Assembly: GCA_964540605.1 (NCBI GenBank)
Contig: CAZINM010000001.1
Location: forward strand, 1 to 39,778
Length of the DNA: 39,778 nt
Direction of reading: 5' to 3'
From: an uncultured Candidatus Saccharibacteria bacterium
GTDB taxonomy: Bacteria > Patescibacteriota > Dojkabacteria > SC72 > JAHDCA01
Both the position numbers and the translations under genes were made by a program. Positions 26,921 to 34,529 of the stretch are shown one piece after another. Positions within the stretch are counted from its first letter, which is position 1; each line of letters starts with the position of its first letter. The notes beneath the pieces are model-generated. The model saw nothing but the letters and a program-made list of their open reading frames with translations. It had not been told where the DNA came from and did no database searches.

Positions 26921-27721
26921 ATGTTTGGATCGATCTATAAATATTTTAAAAGAGAGCTTTTTTATGCAGTAGCACTGTTTGTAATACTGCAGTTCTCTCT
27001 TATCCCTAAATATTTTGATATGTCTTTTGTTTCTAATATCTTGCTAGGTTTGGGAGCTTTAATTCTTTTACTTTGGTTGATCTCTTCATATCTTATATTC
27101 TCAGGTAAAAGAGTTTCGAAATTTTCGAATGTACTTATTAAGATACAGATAAAGAATAGGTTGTTTAGCTTTTTTGTAACGCCTGTTCTAATGTATTTTG
27201 CAGTATCTGCATATATAAGCTATATAGAGAACAATTTTCTAAAACAGGTTATCATTACGATCTTTTTTGTATTGATGTTATTTTTGATGATCCATATACG
27301 ATCCTCATATCAAAAGGTATTCTCTATTGAAAAAAGCACTAGATCTGTATTCCTTTTTATTGATATGATGCTTTTTTATATAGCGAGTACTGGTTTTATA
27401 TTGATGGGTACTTTCCCTATTGCAAGAATATTAGGGGTTGGGTTTCTGGCTTTTCTGTTTCTGTTGAATATCTTGATAATCAATAAGCAATATTCATATA
27501 AAGCCTTGTTCATACTGCTAATTTCAACTATTTTTATGATCTTAAGTGCGATATATTTTGTTCAATTTGGGGCACTTCTATTCCCTCTATTTATGGTTGT
27601 GGTATTTTATATGGTAGTAAACATCTGGGGTATTAAATTGAGTGGTGTTAACGCTCTGTCAGAATATCTACCACCTGTACTATTTTCGTTGATGGCTTTT
27701 ATGATCTTATTAAGTTTCTAG
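26921..27721 (+). CDS. polytopic membrane protein, function unknown
   Basis: 266 aa, about 8 hydrophobic segments, no recognisable motif. Starts 8 nt after the CAP-domain gene. Confidence 0.65.
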   Translation: MFGSIYKYFKRELFYAVALFVILQFSLIPKYFDMSFVSNILLGLGALILLLWLISSYLIFSGKRVSKFSNVLIKIQIKNRLFSFFVTPVLMYFAVSAYISYIENNFLKQVIITIFFVLMLFLMIHIRSSYQKVFSIEKSTRSVFLFIDMMLFYIASTGFILMGTFPIARILGVGFLAFLFLLNILIINKQYSYKALFILLISTIFMILSAIYFVQFGALLFPLFMVVVFYMVVNIWGIKLSGVNALSEYLPPVLFSLMAFMILLSF

Positions 27722-27735
27722 TTGAATATAGGTAA

Positions 27736-28446
27736 ATGGATAAAAATTCGATAGTGTTAAAAATTGGAGGATCTCTTCTGTACCATGAAAATCTTGATCT
27801 AAATATGCCATTTTTGAATAAATTTTTAATTTGGTTTGAAAAGGCAAGACAGAGGTATAAAAGCATTGTGATCATTGTGGGAGGTGGAAAAATGTCTAGA
27901 CATCTGGTGAATCAGATCGGTTCTTTTGAAATAGCAGTAGAAAATAAGCATAGGATTGGTATGGCTGTAACAGATTGTAATGCTGAAGTTTTAAGGACAA
28001 TTGTTAATGATAAAAAAGTGAAGGTTCCAAAATCATTAGGCCAGGTATTAGAATTGATAATTGATGATACCGAGCAGATTTTGATAATGGGTGGATTTAA
28101 AGAGGGCTGGAGTACAGATATGGATGCCGCAGTTCTAGCTCATGTGATGGGATTGAAAAAGATCTATAAACTTTCGAATATCGATCATATATATACAGCT
28201 GATCCCTCAAAAGATCCTGGAGCTAGACCAATTATGGAATTAACATGGTCAGATTACTTCTCTCAATTTGGTATTGTACCTGGTGTGTCTGAGCATCAGC
28301 CTAATTTGAGTGTTCCGATCGATGTCTTGTGTGCACAATTCTGTGCTAATAAAGGAATCACTTATATGCTTTCTGGCGGTGTTAATATTGATAAAGAGAA
28401 TGACCTCCAAAATGTTTTGGAATCAGGAACTATTGTTCATCCTTAA
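27736..28446 (+). CDS. pyrH: amino-acid-kinase-fold protein, most like short archaeal-type UMP kinase
   Basis: VLKIGGSLL, IVGGGK.SR, MGG...GWSTD.DAA.LA, and N.D..YTADPSKDPGA..I blocks. About 236 aa, ending GTIVHP. Confidence 0.6.
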   Translation: MDKNSIVLKIGGSLLYHENLDLNMPFLNKFLIWFEKARQRYKSIVIIVGGGKMSRHLVNQIGSFEIAVENKHRIGMAVTDCNAEVLRTIVNDKKVKVPKSLGQVLELIIDDTEQILIMGGFKEGWSTDMDAAVLAHVMGLKKIYKLSNIDHIYTADPSKDPGARPIMELTWSDYFSQFGIVPGVSEHQPNLSVPIDVLCAQFCANKGITYMLSGGVNIDKENDLQNVLESGTIVHP

Positions 28447-28463
28447 AGATCAATGAAGAAAGC

Positions 28464-28937
28464 CTAAATTATAGAAACGATCTTCACTTTCTGTTTAGAC
28501 ATGGGTAACTCAATTTCGAACTCTTCACCAGCAGATCTTCCAATTATCGCTTTACCAATTGGTGTCTCCGCTGATAATTTATTTTGTAGAGGATTAGCCT
28601 CGGAAGGTCCAACAAGTGTATATGTGATCTCTTTTCCGTTTATTTCAACCTTAACTTCGCAACCTATAACTGCTTTATTTTTTGTTCCTTTTTTAGTTTC
28701 GATAATTTCTGCATTTTCGATTAAGTCAGTTAACTGTGCAAGTCTTCTTTCATTCGACTCGTAATCTTCGAGAGCTAATGTATAACCATCATTTTCACTA
28801 AGATCTCCTTTCTCTCTCATTTTTTCGATCATATCTTTTAATTCGGCCCTTTTATTATTTATCCTCATTTCCAATTCTTTTCTAAGTTCCAAAAGACCAT
28901 CTTCTGTCATTTTGTATTTATTATTTCTTTTTGTCAT
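28464..28937 (-). CDS. greA: transcription elongation factor GreA
   Basis: Coiled-coil tip GDLSENDGY (canonical D..E acidic pair) and a C-terminal ..S..SP.GKA.IGRS.GEE globular domain. Confidence 0.9.
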   Translation of the reverse strand: MTKRNNKYKMTEDGLLELRKELEMRINNKRAELKDMIEKMREKGDLSENDGYTLALEDYESNERRLAQLTDLIENAEIIETKKGTKNKAVIGCEVKVEINGKEITYTLVGPSEANPLQNKLSAETPIGKAIIGRSAGEEFEIELPMSKQKVKIVSII

Positions 28938-29094
28938 TTATCTAACAAGTATTTTAAGTTTGTAACCTGAAGATTTTATACTAACATCAACTGCATAACA
29001 ATAGTAATGATCTTATTTTAGGGTGGTGAATAATTGCCTCATATGATAAAATCGCTTCAGTTTTATAAAAGTTTTTTTGAAACGGATCAATTAT

Positions 29095-29169
29095 GCCGCC
29101 ATCGTCTAATGGTTAGGACACATGGTTCTCAACCATGCAATCAGGGTTCGATTCCCTGTGGCGGTACCA
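29095..29169 (+). tRNA. tRNA-Glu (anticodon CUC), CCA encoded
   Basis: Cloverleaf: GCCGCCA/TGGCGGT acceptor (G1-U72 wobble), GTCT..AGGAC D-arm as in bacterial tRNA-Glu, CATGG-TTCTCAA-CCATG anticodon arm (CTC at 29128-29130), CAGGG-TTCGATT-CCCTG T-arm, then A-CCA. Confidence 0.9.
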
Positions 29170-29194
29170 GATCTTTAAATATGAGGCAGATCAG

Positions 29195-29887
29195 ATGCAG
29201 ATAGATATCTTAACAATATTCCCTGATCAAGTGAGGAGTTTTCTTGAATATGGAATATACAGAATTTGTGCAGAAAGTGGCAATGTTGAATTCGTTGTCC
29301 ATGATCTGCGAAATTGGGCTGTAGGTAAACATAGATCTGTAGATGATAGACCATATGGTGGTGGAGCTGGTATGATATTAAAGGTTGATGTCGTAGACAG
29401 AGCTTTGTCAGATATTAAAAAAGACAGATCTCTTGTTATATTGCCAACCCCGAAAGGAAAAGTGTTAAACCAAGTATTAGTTAAAGAGATGTACAACAAA
29501 ATATACAATTCAATAGATCAGGTGGTATTTCTATGTGGCCATTATGAAGGTTTTGATGAGCGCGTACATCAGCATTTAGCTGATCTTGAAATATCCATAG
29601 GAGATTATGTTCTCTCAGGAGGAGAGTTATCTTCACTTGTTATAATCGATTCTTTAGTTAGAAATATCCCAGGTGTTCTAGGGAATGATGAATCTGTTCA
29701 AAATGAATCTTTCGAAAACAATTATTTAGAATATCCCCAATATACAAGACCAGAAGAGTACAAAGGCTGGAAAGTACCTGAAGTGCTTCTATCTGGCAAT
29801 CATAAACATATATCTTCATGGCGTGAAGATGAATCCAAGATCGAGACTGAACGGAAGCGTCCGGACCTCCTAAAGAAGCCACACTAA
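29195..29887 (+). CDS. trmD: tRNA (guanine37-N1)-methyltransferase
   Basis: MQIDILTIFP........GI...A.......V.DLR.....KH..VDD.PYGGG.GM and the GHYEG.DERV SPOUT knot. ATG at 29195; the longer track ORF overlaps the tRNA. Confidence 0.93.
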   Translation: MQIDILTIFPDQVRSFLEYGIYRICAESGNVEFVVHDLRNWAVGKHRSVDDRPYGGGAGMILKVDVVDRALSDIKKDRSLVILPTPKGKVLNQVLVKEMYNKIYNSIDQVVFLCGHYEGFDERVHQHLADLEISIGDYVLSGGELSSLVIIDSLVRNIPGVLGNDESVQNESFENNYLEYPQYTRPEEYKGWKVPEVLLSGNHKHISSWREDESKIETERKRPDLLKKPH

Positions 29888-29901
29888 AGTTTTTTTAGGA
29901 C

Positions 29902-29930
29902 ATTCAAATCGGACTCATTTATAGATATAA
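29902..29930 (+). promoter_or_regulatory. candidate promoter for the second Gre-family gene
   Basis: TTCAAA (29902-29907), 17-nt spacer, TATAAT (29925-29930). Confidence 0.35.
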
Positions 29931-29985
29931 TACAATGGGTTCTGATTAAGATTTTCTGGTTGATATAACTTGTAAATTTCAGAAC

Positions 29986-30453
29986 ATGACAGAGAAAAGA
30001 TATGTTTTGTCTGCCCAAAAAGTAGAAGAACTAAAAAGTGAATTAAAAAATTTGGAGACTAAAGGAAGAGAAGAGATCGCTGATAGCCTCGATTGGCTAA
30101 GGAGTCTTCCAAATGATCAAGATGACTCGACATTCTCGGATATTTTTGAAGATCAAAGATATCTTGAGAGAAGGATCGCCGAGATCAAAACAATTCTATC
30201 TGACTACGACCTCGTCGAAGGCAACAAAGAAGGTTTAGATGAGGTTAAATTAGGTAGTAAAGTAGTTGTCGGATTCGATAAGTTCGAGGAAGAGTACTTG
30301 ATCGTTTCTGCGATCGAAGCTAACCCTCTTGAGAATAAAATTTCAGATGAATCTCCAGTTGGGAGAGCATTGATTGGTCATAGGATCGGTGATTCGGTTA
30401 CGGTTGATGTCGGTTTGATATCAAAAGAGTATAGGGTATTAAAAATAAAATAA
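29986..30453 (+). CDS. Gre-family paralogue with altered coiled-coil tip
   Basis: Same length and architecture as GreA, with a C-terminal ..S.ESPVGRALIGHRIGD block. The tip reads PNDQDDSTF where GreA has GDL.EN.EY. Confidence 0.8.
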   Translation: MTEKRYVLSAQKVEELKSELKNLETKGREEIADSLDWLRSLPNDQDDSTFSDIFEDQRYLERRIAEIKTILSDYDLVEGNKEGLDEVKLGSKVVVGFDKFEEEYLIVSAIEANPLENKISDESPVGRALIGHRIGDSVTVDVGLISKEYRVLKIK

Positions 30454-30465
30454 GTACAAAAATCT

Positions 30466-31794
30466 ATGGCTTCTGTTAGATATTTTGACTTTGATAAAAG
30501 TGCTTTCGAAAAGGATGAGCAGAAGGTTCTGGAGCATCTGATCAAGGCTGGTGAGGTGATCCATGCTATTTGGGAGAAACAGATAGATCCTCTTACAGGT
30601 GATCTTTTATTGTATCCAGAAGATGTTACAGAAGAAGAGGTTCTTGATGCTGCAAAAGATGATCCAAATATTTTATCTGCATATACAGTAGTTACGAAAG
30701 AGGGTGATGAATTTGTCACAACCCCTTATTCTTTAGCATATAAAGATGATCTAGAACTTTTCTATAAAGAGCTTTTATTAGCAAAAGAAAGTTCAAGCGA
30801 TAAAATGTTAAATGAATATATAGATAAAATAATTGAGTCGTTTAGATCGAACAATTTTGAAGAGGCTTTAGTAGCATATTTAACCAATAAAAGCAGAATT
30901 GAATTCTTGTGTGGTCCTCTTGAAACTTATGAGGATAAATTATTAGGTAAGAAAAAGACCTTCCAATATAATCTAAGAGTTCTTCAAAAGGAACCAACTA
31001 AAGAGATGTCGCAGATGGTTGAGGTTATGAGGAACATCCATTTAAAACAACCAGAAACTTCTGTAGGATCAGAGATCACTCCTGTAGATATATATATCCG
31101 AATTGATCAAGTAATGATGTTTGCTGGAAGGCAGTCAAAATTTTTAGTTTCAAGTACAAATCTTCCAAATGAGCCAGAACTTGTTGAAAAGTATGGGACT
31201 AAAGTTTCTGTATATACAACATCGATGGATCAAAAATTTGAGAAACTTCATAAACCTTTGCTACCTTTTGTAGTTGGTGACGATTTAGGAGATTCTGTTG
31301 ATCAGATGAAAATTGCGATGTTTAAAGGGATTGCTTTGCATGAAATTGCTGAAGGTACTGTGAAATTCAAAGGTATGGCAGATCGTTTGGGTAAGCATAT
31401 AGATTATGTAAGAGAACTTAATGCAGATCTTGTAGGTATGGATAGCGCAAAATATTATGTTCTAAATGGAATGATCTCTTTGGATGAGTATAGGTATTTG
31501 TTAGCTTCCCTTCTAATTTTTGCTATTGATATGTGTGATCAGTTCCGAGAGACTGGAGAATTGAACGATTATGTAATTGGTGATGCAATTCTATTTAATA
31601 GACTCTTCGAAAGTGGCGCGTTAGTAAATAGGGATTCAAAAGTTGCTATTGATTTCACTAGACTTGCTAAGGACATCGAATTTCTATCTAGAATAACAAT
31701 AGATCTTCTTGAAAAAGGAGATCAAAGTGATGCGGAGAAGTTCCTTGATCAATATGGTGATAGAAATGTTTTTGAAAGACTTCCTAAACCTTAG
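30466..31794 (+). CDS. hypothetical protein; M49 (DPP-III)-like metallohydrolase family with variant metal-binding motifs
   Basis: GPLETYEDKLLGKK, STNLPNE, HEIAEG (family: HExxH) and RELNADLVG (family: EExxAD) occur in the order I recall for bacterial/plant M49-like proteins. The assignment is from memory of motifs only. Confidence 0.45.
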   Translation: MASVRYFDFDKSAFEKDEQKVLEHLIKAGEVIHAIWEKQIDPLTGDLLLYPEDVTEEEVLDAAKDDPNILSAYTVVTKEGDEFVTTPYSLAYKDDLELFYKELLLAKESSSDKMLNEYIDKIIESFRSNNFEEALVAYLTNKSRIEFLCGPLETYEDKLLGKKKTFQYNLRVLQKEPTKEMSQMVEVMRNIHLKQPETSVGSEITPVDIYIRIDQVMMFAGRQSKFLVSSTNLPNEPELVEKYGTKVSVYTTSMDQKFEKLHKPLLPFVVGDDLGDSVDQMKIAMFKGIALHEIAEGTVKFKGMADRLGKHIDYVRELNADLVGMDSAKYYVLNGMISLDEYRYLLASLLIFAIDMCDQFRETGELNDYVIGDAILFNRLFESGALVNRDSKVAIDFTRLAKDIEFLSRITIDLLEKGDQSDAEKFLDQYGDRNVFERLPKP

Positions 31795-31821
31795 AATAAT
31801 TTGTGTGAAATTGGATCTCAT

Positions 31822-32259
31822 ATGGAGTCTGTAAAAGATCTGCTCAGATCAAAAGAGAGTTTTGTTGGTGATATTGCTGAAAGACATAAATATGTCACAA
31901 AAGAATTTCAAGATTACGGATACAGGATTGCGGTTAAACTGGGTCAAACTAAGCAAGCATCGCTTTATATTAAATTAGCAAAAGAAAAGCCAAGAACTTT
32001 GATGGATCAAGCTTTCTCTTTTGCTATAGATTATCCTAATGCAAAAAATAAAGGTCGCTTGTTTATGTGGAAATTGAAGGAATTGGAGAAAGAACAAACG
32101 GATAAAAATATGGAAGATAATAGAAACAAGCCAGAAAAAGAAAAAGTTCGAAAGAAAGTGAAAGAAAGGAAACAAGACGAACATAAAACGGATCTTATAG
32201 ATAAAAGTTTAACCACAAAGAAAGTCAGTAAAAAAAACTTGAAAGGAGTGGCAAAATGA
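31822..32259 (+). CDS. small hypothetical protein with Lys-rich C-terminal half
   Basis: Intact ORF; its stop overlaps the next gene's ATG (ATGA at 32256). Start is ambiguous (ATG 31822 or TTG 31801). No motif recognised. Confidence 0.55.
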   Translation: MESVKDLLRSKESFVGDIAERHKYVTKEFQDYGYRIAVKLGQTKQASLYIKLAKEKPRTLMDQAFSFAIDYPNAKNKGRLFMWKLKELEKEQTDKNMEDNRNKPEKEKVRKKVKERKQDEHKTDLIDKSLTTKKVSKKNLKGVAK

Positions 32260-33065
32260 CTGATCTAGTACAGTTTGCAAGTGTGGCATTTGTTGAATTC
32301 AGATTGGCACTTTCTTCCGAGTTTGCTTATAAATGGCAAGTTTTGATCTGGGTAATTTCTGATACTATCCAGCCTATTATCTTCGCTGTTCTTTGGTCGG
32401 CAGTTGCAATGACTGGAACAAGAGATTTTACAGCTGGTGACATGATCTCCTACTATTTTATGGTAATGATAGTATCTCGTTTAACTCAGGATTGGTCTAT
32501 ACAATTTGTTTCAAATTCAATTATTGCAGGAGATTTCTCAAAATATCTTGTTCGCCCATTTAATTACCTTTCAGAGATGTTTGGTATAAGCCTAGCTGTA
32601 AGAACATTAAGAATAGTAATTATGCTTCCATTAATAATCGTTGGAAACTTTCTTCTAAAGGATCATCTTAACTATGTAATAGATCCGAATTCTTTAATTC
32701 TTTTCTTTTTCTCTTTGTGTATCGGTTTCGCTTTGAATTTTGTATTGGGTAATATATTCGCTTTACTAGCTATTTTCATAAAACAGATCGTTGGATTAAG
32801 AGCTCTTTATGTTAATTTTTTATCAATTCTATCTGGGGAATATATTCCATTGAAAGTGCTAGCTGTCGGGACATTCTTCTTATTCGAGGTCTTACCATTT
32901 AGATATACATTATCTTTCCCTATTGAGATAATTAGCGATGATCTTTCTGTATCACAAGTTCAAAGAGGCTTTCTGATCTCAATTATTTGGCTTATTGTAC
33001 TTATAGTGCTCTATAATATTGTTTACAAAATTGCGATTAAAAAATATGAGTCAGAGGGTATATGA
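32256..33065 (+). CDS. ABC-2-type transporter permease (uncharacterised family)
   Basis: 269 aa, about 6 TM. The N-terminal ..L....FAYKWQ.L.W.......P pattern is as in ABC-2 membrane_6-type permeases. Paired with a paralogous downstream gene. Confidence 0.5.
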   Translation: MTDLVQFASVAFVEFRLALSSEFAYKWQVLIWVISDTIQPIIFAVLWSAVAMTGTRDFTAGDMISYYFMVMIVSRLTQDWSIQFVSNSIIAGDFSKYLVRPFNYLSEMFGISLAVRTLRIVIMLPLIIVGNFLLKDHLNYVIDPNSLILFFFSLCIGFALNFVLGNIFALLAIFIKQIVGLRALYVNFLSILSGEYIPLKVLAVGTFFLFEVLPFRYTLSFPIEIISDDLSVSQVQRGFLISIIWLIVLIVLYNIVYKIAIKKYESEGI

Positions 33066-33877
33066 AATTATTTAAATGGCTAGCAAAATTTCCATTTTAT
33101 TACTTCAGGGTCTGGATATCTGTTGTAAATAAAAGTTTGAGCAAAAGCATGTCCAATCAGTTCGAATTTGCTTCAAAACTGGTTCGTATGGTATTGATCG
33201 TTGCCTTACAGATATTATTGGTCCAATCTTTATATGCAGGTACAGAATATGTTAAAGGATGGTCTATGAGTGAGTATTATTTATTGCTCGGAACTTTCAA
33301 TTTCGTTAATTATCTTAGTTGGGGGATCTTTAATATAAATTTTTGGAGGATAGAAGAAAAAATACTTAAAGGAGAGTTTGATTTCTTACTTTTATTACCA
33401 ACTGGGTCTATATTTTCCGCTTCTATGTCTGAATTCTTCCTTGATGATGCAATAGGATCTTTGTCTGGAGTAGTTTTGATCGGTTACTATCTTGTTACAA
33501 ATCCTGCCAGCATAACACTAAGTTCAGTAGTAGGTTATTTAGTAGCGATCCTGATAGGCTTCATTGTTTGGTTTTGTATCCATTTAGCTGTTGCAGCAGT
33601 GAATTTCCTGTCCGTAAAGAATGGTCTTATGGAGCTAATTAAAAGTCTTACAAGATTAGGATCTTTTCCGATCGATATTTTTTCAGAAGTTGTAAGATAT
33701 GTTCTCTACTCAATATTTCCCGTTGCATTTATTGCTGCAGTACCAAGTAGAATACTCTCAGGAGCATTTGATTGGTCTTATATAGTTCTAGGTTTTCTGG
33801 TTTCTTTGATCTTATTAATTATTTCAAGAAGTTTCTGGCATTATTGCATTAGATTTTATACAAGCTCCGGCGGATAG
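33062..33877 (+). CDS. ABC-2-type transporter permease (uncharacterised family), second subunit
   Basis: 271 aa, about 6 TM. I..GEFDFLLLLP..SIF resembles the I..G.lD..L..P motif of that family. ATGA overlap with the upstream permease. Confidence 0.5.
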   Translation: MKLFKWLAKFPFYYFRVWISVVNKSLSKSMSNQFEFASKLVRMVLIVALQILLVQSLYAGTEYVKGWSMSEYYLLLGTFNFVNYLSWGIFNINFWRIEEKILKGEFDFLLLLPTGSIFSASMSEFFLDDAIGSLSGVVLIGYYLVTNPASITLSSVVGYLVAILIGFIVWFCIHLAVAAVNFLSVKNGLMELIKSLTRLGSFPIDIFSEVVRYVLYSIFPVAFIAAVPSRILSGAFDWSYIVLGFLVSLILLIISRSFWHYCIRFYTSSGG

Positions 33878-33953
33878 AAAAGTCTCACTTTTTATAAGAT
33901 AAACTTTGTAAAATATTCTATAATATACAGATTACTTATAAGGTAGATATATT

Positions 33954-34505
33954 ATGACTAGAGATGAAGCAGAAGTATTACTTCGTGAATATACAAAGAA
34001 TGAGAATTTGATCAAGCATATGTATGCAGTTGAAGCAGCTATGAGATCCTATGCGCAAAAATTTGGTGAAGATGAAGATTTATGGGCAATAGCTGGCCTT
34101 CTCCATGATTTTGACTATGAAAAAATGGGCAATGAGCATCCTTCTGAATGGGGATATCAACTACTTAGAGAGCATGGAGTAGGAGAAGAAGTAATTCAAT
34201 CTATTATTGGACATGTTGATGGAGGATTGCCACTGTCACGTCCGTCCTTGATGGCGAAGACTCTCTTTGCTGTTGACGAACTTACTGGATTTATTGTCGC
34301 TTGTGCATTACCAAGGCCTAACCAGTTATCAGATCTAGAAGTAAGTTCAGTCAAAAAGAAATTGAAAGATAAAGCGTTTGCTAAAGGAGTTAATAGAGAT
34401 GATATAAGAATTGGGGTTGAAGAACTAAATATCGATCTGGACCAGCATATAAGGAATGTTATAGACGCAATGATCGGCATCAAGGACAAACTTGGACTTC
34501 GTTAA
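33954..34505 (+). CDS. HD-domain metal-dependent phosphohydrolase
   Basis: H...V......A.......E...W..AGLLHDFDYE...... H and ..GH.. blocks, typical of small HD/HDIG hydrolases. Confidence 0.8.
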   Translation: MTRDEAEVLLREYTKNENLIKHMYAVEAAMRSYAQKFGEDEDLWAIAGLLHDFDYEKMGNEHPSEWGYQLLREHGVGEEVIQSIIGHVDGGLPLSRPSLMAKTLFAVDELTGFIVACALPRPNQLSDLEVSSVKKKLKDKAFAKGVNRDDIRIGVEELNIDLDQHIRNVIDAMIGIKDKLGLR

Positions 34506-34529
34506 TCTTTAAATTGATAAATAAATAAA

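Noticed and set aside
33878-33953. A promoter or terminator between the second permease gene and the HD-domain gene (weak AAAAGT-CTC-ACTTTT hairpin and a TATAAT at about 33920).
   Set aside because: The stem is only 6 A/T-rich base pairs, and the -35 region is poor. This is not distinguishable from background in such AT-rich DNA.
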